DNA of 64,000 nucleotides from Candidatus Spongiisociaceae bacterium (GTDB taxonomy: Bacteria; Actinomycetota; Acidimicrobiia; Spongiisociales; Spongiisociaceae). This document shows, piece after piece, positions 39,756 through 49,099 of this stretch. The notes under the pieces were generated by a model, which worked only from the letters and a program-made list of their open reading frames with translations, was not told where the DNA came from and did no database searches. The number at the start of each line of letters is the position of its first letter. Position 1 is the first letter of the stretch. Both the position numbers and the translations under genes were made by a program. The stretch spans positions 1,152,001 to 1,216,000 of the forward strand of contig OZ241841.1 of the NCBI GenBank assembly GCA_965202665.1, given 5' to 3'.

Positions 39756-42700
39756 ATGGCTTCCTTTCGAGAGGTTCTAACCGAGATACGCCAGTCGGCT
39801 CTTTCGGCGGCGGAGAAGGGCGACCGGTTCGAGCGGCTGATTCTGCAACTGTTCCGGGAGGACCCCCTCTACCGGCAGGAATACCGACGGGTATGGCTGT
39901 GGGACGACTGGCCGGACCGCCCGCACGGCGACCTGGGGATCGATCTGGTGGCGGAACGGGCCGACGGCGACGGCTACGCCGCCATCCAATGCAAATGCTA
40001 CGAGGAGGGGGCTTCCGTCTCCAAAGAGGACGTCCGGGCGTTCCTCGCCGCCTCCGGCAACATAGAGTTCACCGCCCGGTTTTTCATCACCACCGGCGCT
40101 TTGGGCGGCGCGCCCCTCAAGCAACTGGAAACCGCCGACAACCCTTCGGTCTCCATCCTGTACTCCACCGACCTGTCGGAGCGGGATTTTCATTGGGCGA
40201 CTTTGGCGGAACGGGTGGAGGACACTCGCCACACCGGGGCCAAATTCGTTCCCCGCCCCGACCAGACCGAAGCCATCCGCCGCACCCTGGGCCGGCTGTA
40301 CGGCCAATGGCAGGTGCCCAAAGAATGGAAGGGGGCGGAGCAGGGCAACCGGAAGGATGTTTCAGAACTCAACGAAGGCGACGAGCGGGTTTACGACCGG
40401 GGCCAGGTGCTGATGCCGTGCGGCACCGGCAAAACTTTCACCGCCCTCAACATCGCGGAACAAGCCGCGCAATTGGGGGGGGGGGGGAAGGATCGAGCAT
40501 TCCGGGTCCTCTATCTGTTGCCCAGCATTTCGCTTCTCGGGCAGACAATGCGGGAATGGGCGGAGCAGAAAAGCCTCCGTCTGCGCTTCGTGGGGGTCTG
40601 CTCCGATGCCAGCGCCGGGCACTCCACAGACGAAATAGGTGATTTCACCGAACTGGAAATTCCGGTAACGACCGACCCGGAATGTATCGGGGAGGCCCTG
40701 TCCAAGTCCTACCAGGATGTGGATGTTCTGGTCGTTTTCTCCACCTACCACAGCATCCGGCTCATCTCCGACGCCCAGCGTTCGGCGGGGGCTCCGCCGT
40801 TCGACCTGATGTTCTGCGACGAGGCCCACCGCACCACCGGAGCCCAAATAATTTCCAACAAGGCGGGGGACAAACGCGGTACCTCCGTTTTTCTAATGGC
40901 CCACGACAACCGGCACGTGCAGGCTAAAAAGCGGGTGTACATGACGGCCACCCCCAAAATCTGGTCCACCAAATCCGACAACTCTTACCAAAACGCGGAA
41001 GTGTTTTCCATGGACGACGAAAACCAGTTCGGACCGGTTTTCTACCGGATGAAGTTTTCAGAGGCGATCGACAAAAGGTTGCTGTCCGACTACTACCTGG
41101 TAGGGCTAACTATCAATCCGGCCTGGAAAAACCAGGTTTCTCAGCTCGGTTTGGATCCTGACCTGCCCCCCAGCGAACAGGCCAAACTGTACGGGGCGGT
41201 GAAAGGGGTGGCCTTTGACGAAAACGATGTCCCCCATCTGCGCCGTAGCCTGTCGTTCACCAACACCATCAAACGTAGCAAAAAACACCAGCTGTCCATA
41301 GAAGTCGCCTCCGAACGGCTAAAGGAGATAGCACTCGACAAGAATGGAGACGCGATTCCTTTCCGAGTCCGCACTCAACATATCGACGGCAAAACCAAAG
41401 CCAACATCCGCCGCCAGTATTTGGACTGGCTGAAAGAACCGGAAGAAGACGAATGCCGGATTGTAACCAACGCCCGATGCCTGTCCGAAGGGGTGGATGT
41501 GCCCAACCTGGACGCCGCCCTGTTTATGAGCCCCAAACATTCGGCCATCGACATAGTGCAACAGGTAGGCAGGGTAATGCGCAAATCCCCCAACAAAACC
41601 CACGGCTACATTGTGGTCCCCATCCTGCTAGCCGAAGGAGAAACCGCTACAGACGCGTTGCAGAAGTCGGAGGACTACGCAACCATCATCAAAGTGGTAC
41701 GGGCCTTGCGCTCCCACGACGACAACATAGATGAACTAATCAACCAAAAACGCTTCGGCGAGAAACTACGGCTAGTTCCAGTACCCGAACCGTTCGGGGA
41801 ACGAGACAACGAGTTGACCTCTGAAGAAGAAGAGGAGGCTATTCAAGAAGCCATGTTCGCCCCCGATGACCTGATTGAAGCCCTAAACGTGCTGGTGTTC
41901 GAAGACTGCGGCGACCGCCAATACTGGGCCAAGTGGGCCAAAGATGTGGGCGAGCAGACAGTAGAGTTACAAAACAATATTCTCGTCCATTTGAAAACCA
42001 GCGAACATGCCCGAGAACGGTTCGACCAGTTTATGACCGGTATACACGAAACGATGTCCCCCAATATGACCGAGCAGGAAGCGGCGGGAATGCTAGCCCA
42101 ACATCTTGTAACCCAACCCGTGTTTGATGCCTTTTTCGAAAACTACGAGTTTTCCCGTCACAACCCAGTGTCCCAGATAATGAACGATGTAATAGAAGAA
42201 ATTATAGCTCAAGATTTACTTTCAGACTTGCAACATTCTTTGGCACCATTCTACGAATCCGTCCAAAAAAGAATCCGGGGTATAACTGACTCAACCACCC
42301 GCCACGAAGTGCTCAAAGAACTATACGAGACCTTCCTGAAGACGGCTTTCCCAGACCTAACGGATCTATTGGGGGTGGTTTATACTCCTGTGGAAATCGT
42401 GGATTGGCTCCTACATTCCGCCGATGACGCCCTGCGCCAAGAATTCGGCTTCGGTTTGGGAGATAAAGAGGTGGAAATCCTAGACCCGTTCTCCGGCACG
42501 GGAACCTTCCTGACCCGCCTAATAGAAAGCGACCTGATTCCAGACGGGAACTTAGATTACAAATATCAAAACGAACTATCAGCCATAGATATCCTACCCA
42601 CCGCTTATTACCTATCCGCCATAAACATAGAAGAAGCCTACCACGGCCGCAAAATGAAAATAGAGGACAAACCCGAATACAAACCCTTTCCCGGTATCGC

Positions 42701-44591
42701 ATTAAGTGATACTTTTACCTCATTGAATCATAATAAAGACTTACGGTTAGGACAATTCGGGATAGAAGAAAATAATACACCGACCATTAATGCGATTAAC
42801 CGTAAAGACATAAAAGTAATCGTAGGCAACCCGCCCTGGCGGACTGGTCAAAAAGATGCTACGTTTCAGAATCCTAACCCCACCTATGAATCCCTCGATA
42901 ACAGAATAACTAACACTTATGCCCTAAGGTCCTCAGCAACTCGTAAAGGTGCTTTATACGATATGTATCTGAAATCACTACGCTGGGCCTCGGATCGATT
43001 AAGTAGTAGAGGTGTTATTGCCCTCGTTACTAATGGAGGGTGGTTAGAGGGTAACGCCGCTAATGGAGTGAGGTACTGCCTTGCAGATGAATTTGCAAGT
43101 GTATATTGTTATAATCTTCGAGGTCGCATAATGACAACGCCTGAGGAAGGAAAAAATGTCTTTAATGTTAAGGTCCCAGTAACTCTATTAATTTTAGTCA
43201 AGAATGATATTGGAGATACTTCATCCATATATTATACTCACTCTAAAGATAATTTAACAAAGGAGGCAAAACTTGAAGTCTTGAAATCAGAGAAATCATT
43301 GACAAATGCTAATTGGGAACCTCTGATCCCCGATCGAAATTCTGATTGGATAAATCAGAGTAATGAAAATTATCAGAAATACCAACCCATTGGTAGCAAA
43401 GACACAAGAAAATATATTAGCAACGCTGGAATTTTTAGAGTATACTCTTCGGGTATTATAACGGGTCGCGATCCTTGGGCATATAACAGTAATCAAAAAT
43501 CCCTTGCGGAGCGAACTAAGAAAATGATAGATTTCTATAACCATCAGATTTCAGTAAATACAGAACGTCCTGAGCACGATAACACAATAATAAAGTGGCA
43601 TCGTGAGTCGTTAAAACATTTCCATAGTAGGCGCAAGGCTGAATATAGTGAGAAAGATTTTAGGGTAGTGATGCGGAGACCCTTTTTTCCGCAAACTCTT
43701 CATTATGATTTGACATTCAACAACACTCACTACCAAATGGACAAATTATTTCCTACTAACGAAACGCCAAACCTAGCCATAATGATATCGGGGACAGGTG
43801 TAACTGAATTCGATATATTCATGACAAATAGACCTACAGATCTTAACTTTGCTAGGGGAGGAGGACAAGCGATACCAAGAATATACTATCATTTTTCTAG
43901 AAAGAGCAATAATAAGACGGAACAAAAATTCTTCGATCATGCAGAAAGATATGTAGTGGAAGACAACGTCCTGGATGAAACGCTGATTTCCTACCAAGAG
44001 TATTACGGCGATGACCGAATTGAGAAAGACGACATCTTCTATTACGTTTACGGCATCCTCCACCATCCTACCTACACGAGCAAATATCGCAACGACCTTA
44101 GCAAAGGCCTGCCCCGCATACCGAAAGTCCCGGATACCCCGGATTTCTGGGCTTTCGCCAAAGCAGGGCGAAAGCTGGGCCATCTGCATGTGGGCTACTC
44201 GGAGTTGGATGGCTACCCTCTGGAACAACAACATTCTGTACTGTTCGACTTGGATAACGATGACCATTACCGGTTTGAGAAATTAAAAAAGACTGTTAAA
44301 GATGATGACACGGTGGAAATTAGGATTAACGAGCATCTCACTCTGACAGACATTCCGCGAAGGGTGCTGGATTACAAGGTGAACGGCAGAAGCGGTTTGG
44401 ACTGGATAGTTACCTGCTACCGCATACACGAGGACGCCAGATACGGCTCCGGTATCGTCAACGATGCCAACCAGTTGTTTGACGACCCTCGTGATTTTAT
44501 CAAACTGGTGGAACAGGTGGTTCAGGTTTCCGTGGAGTCGGTGGACATCATCGAATCGCTTCCCGAATTCGAGCTGCCCGAGGCCAGGTAG
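39756..44591 (+). CDS. Type ISP restriction-modification enzyme (LlaGI/LlaBIII-like: Mrr nuclease, SF2 helicase, N6-adenine MTase, TRD)
   Basis: GIDLVA..IQCK; MPCGTGKT, DEAHR, MTATP, LSEGVD, QVGRVMR; DPFSGTGTF and GNPPW; 1611 aa. Confidence 0.9.
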   Translation: MASFREVLTEIRQSALSAAEKGDRFERLILQLFREDPLYRQEYRRVWLWDDWPDRPHGDLGIDLVAERADGDGYAAIQCKCYEEGASVSKEDVRAFLAASGNIEFTARFFITTGALGGAPLKQLETADNPSVSILYSTDLSERDFHWATLAERVEDTRHTGAKFVPRPDQTEAIRRTLGRLYGQWQVPKEWKGAEQGNRKDVSELNEGDERVYDRGQVLMPCGTGKTFTALNIAEQAAQLGGGGKDRAFRVLYLLPSISLLGQTMREWAEQKSLRLRFVGVCSDASAGHSTDEIGDFTELEIPVTTDPECIGEALSKSYQDVDVLVVFSTYHSIRLISDAQRSAGAPPFDLMFCDEAHRTTGAQIISNKAGDKRGTSVFLMAHDNRHVQAKKRVYMTATPKIWSTKSDNSYQNAEVFSMDDENQFGPVFYRMKFSEAIDKRLLSDYYLVGLTINPAWKNQVSQLGLDPDLPPSEQAKLYGAVKGVAFDENDVPHLRRSLSFTNTIKRSKKHQLSIEVASERLKEIALDKNGDAIPFRVRTQHIDGKTKANIRRQYLDWLKEPEEDECRIVTNARCLSEGVDVPNLDAALFMSPKHSAIDIVQQVGRVMRKSPNKTHGYIVVPILLAEGETATDALQKSEDYATIIKVVRALRSHDDNIDELINQKRFGEKLRLVPVPEPFGERDNELTSEEEEEAIQEAMFAPDDLIEALNVLVFEDCGDRQYWAKWAKDVGEQTVELQNNILVHLKTSEHARERFDQFMTGIHETMSPNMTEQEAAGMLAQHLVTQPVFDAFFENYEFSRHNPVSQIMNDVIEEIIAQDLLSDLQHSLAPFYESVQKRIRGITDSTTRHEVLKELYETFLKTAFPDLTDLLGVVYTPVEIVDWLLHSADDALRQEFGFGLGDKEVEILDPFSGTGTFLTRLIESDLIPDGNLDYKYQNELSAIDILPTAYYLSAINIEEAYHGRKMKIEDKPEYKPFPGIALSDTFTSLNHNKDLRLGQFGIEENNTPTINAINRKDIKVIVGNPPWRTGQKDATFQNPNPTYESLDNRITNTYALRSSATRKGALYDMYLKSLRWASDRLSSRGVIALVTNGGWLEGNAANGVRYCLADEFASVYCYNLRGRIMTTPEEGKNVFNVKVPVTLLILVKNDIGDTSSIYYTHSKDNLTKEAKLEVLKSEKSLTNANWEPLIPDRNSDWINQSNENYQKYQPIGSKDTRKYISNAGIFRVYSSGIITGRDPWAYNSNQKSLAERTKKMIDFYNHQISVNTERPEHDNTIIKWHRESLKHFHSRRKAEYSEKDFRVVMRRPFFPQTLHYDLTFNNTHYQMDKLFPTNETPNLAIMISGTGVTEFDIFMTNRPTDLNFARGGGQAIPRIYYHFSRKSNNKTEQKFFDHAERYVVEDNVLDETLISYQEYYGDDRIEKDDIFYYVYGILHHPTYTSKYRNDLSKGLPRIPKVPDTPDFWAFAKAGRKLGHLHVGYSELDGYPLEQQHSVLFDLDNDDHYRFEKLKKTVKDDDTVEIRINEHLTLTDIPRRVLDYKVNGRSGLDWIVTCYRIHEDARYGSGIVNDANQLFDDPRDFIKLVEQVVQVSVESVDIIESLPEFELPEAR
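40475..40487 (+). repeat. G13 homopolymer inside Type ISP gene (currently in frame)
   Basis: ttg ggg ggg ggg ggg aag = LGGGGK. Confidence 0.9.
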
Positions 44592-44654
44592 GGGGCTGGG
44601 GGGCGTTACGGGTGGGCTCCGCGTCTGGTCCGGGTGGGGCAGCGGCTGTCTGAT

Positions 44655-44683
44655 TTGACAAAAATATTTAAATATCGTAGAAT
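44655..44683 (+). promoter_or_regulatory. Near-consensus sigma70 promoter with palindromic spacer
   Basis: TTGACA-17 nt-TAGAAT; ATATTTAAATAT palindrome at 44664-44675. Confidence 0.7.
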
Positions 44684-44731
44684 ATGGGAATAATCTACTC
44701 AACCAAATAGTTATACCCTACACAAACAAAA

Positions 44732-46036
44732 ATGTCACACCCCTCTCCTAAGGTAAACATCATGCAACAGCACAACCACGCACCGACCGAAACGCTGGAA
44801 CGGGACTGCCAACGGGCCCTGGCCTCGCTGGACACCCTGGGCCAGCATTTGGGCAACGGGCCCTGCCGGGCGGAGTTGGACCGGTTGGCGGACACGTTGC
44901 GGCGGGCGGAGGCCAAGGTCGCTTCCCTGAAATGCGACCTGGCCGCCCAAGTAACCCGCACCTCGGGGGAGGCCGCTACCCGGGACGCGTTGCGGGATCA
45001 GTTGGGGATGACCAACCATCAAGCCAAGCACCTGACGCGGGTGGCGGACACTTTGCGGGAAATGCCCAACACCCGAGCCAAACTGCAAGCGGGGGAAATC
45101 ACCTTGGAAAACGCCACCGCCCTGACCGCGGCGGCGGGGGAAGTGGGGGCGGCGCAGGTGGATCAAAACCGGGGCCTGTTGGAAGACGCCGCGCAAGCTA
45201 ATCCGGATCATTTCCGCAAACAGGCCAAGCAGTGGGCCAACGCCCACTCTGCTGACCGGGGTGAGAAACTGTTGGAGCGGCAGCGGCGGATGCGGCATGT
45301 GAAACTGTTCACCGAACCCGGAACCGGCATGGGCATTTTGCATGCCGAGTTGGACCCCATCCGCTTCGGACAAATACGGCAAGCCCTGGACCTCCACGCC
45401 GAAAAGCTACGGCGGGCCGACTCCGGCGGAGAGGTACACCCCGACGATATTCGCACCCATATGCAACGACGGGCGGACGCCTTAGTGGAACTGCTGACCG
45501 GCCGCGACGCCGACACCCTGCATCCCCTTCCCGACAACAAGTCGGGTAATGTTACTCAGTTGGTGGTAGCCGACTTGGGACTGCTGGACGGAACCCGCCC
45601 CGACGGCGACTGCGAAATCCTGGGAACCGGACCAGTACCACCCTCCGTTCTGGGAAACCTTTCCCCCGATACCAACATATGCGGAATCATCTTCGGAGGC
45701 AAAGGCCGAACCCTGTGGCTGGGACGCAATCGACGCCTGGGCAACGACGCGCAACGGCTGGCGGCCGCGGTACGGGATCGGGGATGCGTCCGATGCGACC
45801 TCCCCACCCACTCCAACCAACTCCACCACATACAAGACTGGTACGACGGGGGACCCACCGACATCGACAACCTGGCCTCACTCTGCGGAACCCACCACCG
45901 AGAACTCCAAAAACACAACCTAAAACTGGAAAAAATTGGAAAAAACTGGCAAACCCGCCCCCGAACCGGACCGCCGCTACCGCCCCCGCCCCCACGGCCA
46001 ACCCAACCACCCGTCCGCGCCGGGCCCAGCCCGTAA
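44732..46036 (+). CDS. DUF222 + HNH endonuclease protein (start may be 44762)
   Basis: QRRADALVEL, RDRGC..C..HHI..W..GGPTDIDNLASLC..HH. Confidence 0.85.
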   Translation: MSHPSPKVNIMQQHNHAPTETLERDCQRALASLDTLGQHLGNGPCRAELDRLADTLRRAEAKVASLKCDLAAQVTRTSGEAATRDALRDQLGMTNHQAKHLTRVADTLREMPNTRAKLQAGEITLENATALTAAAGEVGAAQVDQNRGLLEDAAQANPDHFRKQAKQWANAHSADRGEKLLERQRRMRHVKLFTEPGTGMGILHAELDPIRFGQIRQALDLHAEKLRRADSGGEVHPDDIRTHMQRRADALVELLTGRDADTLHPLPDNKSGNVTQLVVADLGLLDGTRPDGDCEILGTGPVPPSVLGNLSPDTNICGIIFGGKGRTLWLGRNRRLGNDAQRLAAAVRDRGCVRCDLPTHSNQLHHIQDWYDGGPTDIDNLASLCGTHHRELQKHNLKLEKIGKNWQTRPRTGPPLPPPPPRPTQPPVRAGPSP

Positions 46037-46043
46037 ACCCAAA

Positions 46044-46462
46044 CTGTACATAACCAGGATGTTTGAGGATGGTGTTGCGGGTGATAGAAGAAAAGCGAGC
46101 CGGTGGCACAGTCGTCTCGGCGGATGAGCATGTCCCGGCGGCTCGCGCCCCAAGTGGGTGCACTGCTACCGGGAGGAAAGCGAAGCCGGTTTAGAAGACC
46201 GGTCATCGCGACCGCGCTGCTCCCCAACGCGCACCAGCCCAGCAATGGAAGAACGGTTATTACACGCGCGGCGGATGTTCCGGGCGGGCCGGGCCCGGTT
46301 GTCGGCGTTCACGGAGGTACCGCGTTCTCCTCCGTCATGGGATGTTGCGTCTGTGGGAACGCAACCTGCTGACCGGCGAACCGCTCAAACCCCTTCCGAG
46401 CGGGCGGTGCGGCATGAAACGCGGCGAGCCGGGGGAGTTTCTGCATATGGACGTTAGGAAAC
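46044..46462 (+). mobile_element. IS481-family remnant
   Basis: YREESEAGLEDRSSRP..P.RT HTH fragment and PGEFLHMDVRKL core fragment, frameshifted. Confidence 0.7.
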
Positions 46463-46464
46463 TA

Positions 46465-47260
46465 AGGTCTTCGCGATTTGTGGTGGGGGTGGGATTCTTG
46501 TTTATGGGCGAGGCCCTCGTTGGAAGTCCTCGTATGTTGAATTGTTAGTTTGCGGTGAGGGGGTGCGGGTATTGGGGATGGTGGAAGACTGCGGGGGAAT
46601 GTTGGTATTGCAGGTGGCGGCGGGGTTGGCCTTTGCGTCCGGTGCGCGGGGCGGGTTGCCAGCGGGTGCGGGATCTCCCGACCCGGGAGCGGGAGACGGC
46701 GCTGAATTGGGTGCGGCGGAGATTCGAGTGCGGGGGATGCAGTGGCACGCAATATGGGTTTGGTGAAGCGATGGCGGAACGGGAGGGGGCCCGGAGGCGG
46801 GGACGGGCGTGTCGGGTGTTGCTGGTGGACGAGACTTCCCTCCGCCGGGGTCATCGGATGTGACGGTTGTAGCAGACGGGGAGACAACCAGACGTTGGCT
46901 ATGCTCCCCGGACGCAGCAAAGCCGTCCTGGCCAGGTTCTTCCGAGACTAAGGCCCCGCCTGGAGACAAGGGGTGGAGGTAGTCGTCACCGACGGCGCCG
47001 CCCCTTACAAGGCCGCCATCTACCAATACCTGCCCCGGGCGCAACACGTGCTGGACCGCTTCCACGTCATCCGCTGGTTGTCATCCGCTGGTTCGGAACG
47101 TCGCTGATCCAACGCCGCCGCAACCTGCAACGCCGCCCCTCGGGCTGGGAGCCCAGCCTGCGCCGCTCCCGCTACCTACTCCTCAAACGACAAGACCGGC
47201 TTCACCCCCTCCGAACGGGAACGGCTACGGCAACTATTCGACCGCCACCCCCAGTGACCT
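46465..47260 (+). mobile_element. ISL3-family degenerate element
   Basis: End resembles ggtcttcgcgattt; fragments RVRDLP, VDETS, VVTDGAAPY..YLP..HVLDRFHVIR. Confidence 0.7.
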
Positions 47261-47263
47261 CCT

Positions 47264-49099
47264 TTAGCGGAGGGGCGGGGCGGGTTGGGCGGTTCCCTGT
47301 TGCCACGCCTCGTACAACCGGCCGTAGTGGCCGCCTTCGGCCACCAGCTGGATGTGGGTTCCGTCTTGTACCAGGCGGGCGTGGTCGAACACCAGCACCC
47401 GGTCGGCCGCTTCGGCGGTGGACATTCGGTGGGCTACCGTCACCACCGTCCGTCCGGCGGACAGTTCCCGCAACGCTTTGGAAATGTGCACTTCGGTAGC
47501 CGGATCCACCGCCGAAGTGGCTTCGTCCAGCACCAGAATCTCCGGGTCGGCGATGGCCGCCCGCACCAGGGTGACCAACTGCCGCTCGCCCACCGACAGG
47601 GCCGAACCCCGCTCCCCCACCTGCGTTTCCAGCCCGGCCGTCAACTCCTCCAACCATTCCGCCAAATCCAACCGGACGAAAGTCCGCTCCACCTCCTCCA
47701 AAGAAGCGTCCGGTTTGCCCATTCTCACATTGTCCAAAATGGACCCCCGGAACATCGCCCCCTCCTGGGGCACCATCACCACCCGTTCCCGCAACGACTC
47801 GAACCGCACCCGGGACACATCGGTTCCGCCCAGCATCACCCGGCCCACGGCGGGGTCCATCAACCGGGTCAGCAGTTTGGCGAAAGTGGTTTTGCCGGAG
47901 CCGGTTTCCCCCACCACCGCCACGTTGCTGCGGGCCGCGATCTCCACATCCACTTCCAGCAGGGCGGCCGTCTGCCCCTCCCCCGGCTCCCCCGTCCCCG
48001 GATAGGCGAACGAAACCCGCTCAAACCGGATGTCCAAAGAACCATCGGGCAAGCCCACCCCCTCCGCCCCCGGGTCGGTCACATCCGGTTCCAAATCCAG
48101 CACATCCAGCACCCGCCTCCATCCGGCCACCGCCGTCTGCGCCTCGTTGACGGCCTCGCCGAACACTTGCACCGGCTGGATGAACAACTGCACCAGAAAC
48201 AGGAAAGCCACCACCGTTCCCACCGAAACCCGCCCGTCCGCCGCCAGCAACGACCCCGCCGCGATCACCGCCGTAGCCACCCCCACCGTCAGGACTTCCG
48301 TAACGCCGGACAGGGAAGAAGCAAGCCCGCCCGCCCGGACCGCCGCCGCCCGATGCTCCTCCACCGCCCGGTTGATTTTCAGCCGAATCCGCTGTTCGGT
48401 CCCGTAGGCCCTGATCACCGGAAACCCGGCCACCGCCTCCGCCAACGCGGCCAGCATCTCCCCCACTTTCACCCGCACCGCCAGGTAGGCGGAATGCAAG
48501 CGGGTTTGAAACATTCTGATAACCAGCAGAATCACGGGCAGGGAGGCGGCCACCACCGCGAACAGGGGAAGCGAGTAGGCGGCCATCACCGCCAGCGCCG
48601 CTATCGCCTGGCCGGTGTTGACGATGATCATCAGCCCCGCCCACTGCATGAAACGGCTGATCTGATCCACATCCGAGGTGACCCGGGCCACCAGCACCCC
48701 CCGTTGCTCGGCCGCCTGGTGCAACATGGACAGGTTGTGGATGTGGCGGAAAGCCCGGATGCGCAGCCCGGACAGGGCCGCCTCCGACACTTTGGCCAAA
48801 CGCACGTGCATCAGCCCGGTGGCGGCGGCGGTTACCAGAAGGGCCAAGAGGGCCAAGCCGAGCAGAAGGATCACCGCCCGCATGTCCGTCCCGGATCCGG
48901 TCAGGCTGCGGTCGACCACCTGCTGGATGGAAACCGGAATGATCACCCGTCCGGCGGTGGCCGCCAACGCCAGCGCCAACGTAACCGCCAGCCCCCGCCC
49001 CAGTTCGGGGGAAAGGGACAAACCGCGCCGCATGGTGCGCCACGCCCCGGCCCGTTCTGGGCCCGCCGGGGAAACCGCCGCCTCGTCGCCCGCCGTCAC
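47264..49099 (-). CDS. ABC transporter ATP-binding/permease subunit
   Basis: TMD + GETGSGKT, LSVGERQ, LDEATS. Confidence 0.9.
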   Translation of the reverse strand: MTAGDEAAVSPAGPERAGAWRTMRRGLSLSPELGRGLAVTLALALAATAGRVIIPVSIQQVVDRSLTGSGTDMRAVILLLGLALLALLVTAAATGLMHVRLAKVSEAALSGLRIRAFRHIHNLSMLHQAAEQRGVLVARVTSDVDQISRFMQWAGLMIIVNTGQAIAALAVMAAYSLPLFAVVAASLPVILLVIRMFQTRLHSAYLAVRVKVGEMLAALAEAVAGFPVIRAYGTEQRIRLKINRAVEEHRAAAVRAGGLASSLSGVTEVLTVGVATAVIAAGSLLAADGRVSVGTVVAFLFLVQLFIQPVQVFGEAVNEAQTAVAGWRRVLDVLDLEPDVTDPGAEGVGLPDGSLDIRFERVSFAYPGTGEPGEGQTAALLEVDVEIAARSNVAVVGETGSGKTTFAKLLTRLMDPAVGRVMLGGTDVSRVRFESLRERVVMVPQEGAMFRGSILDNVRMGKPDASLEEVERTFVRLDLAEWLEELTAGLETQVGERGSALSVGERQLVTLVRAAIADPEILVLDEATSAVDPATEVHISKALRELSAGRTVVTVAHRMSTAEAADRVLVFDHARLVQDGTHIQLVAEGGHYGRLYEAWQQGTAQPAPPLR

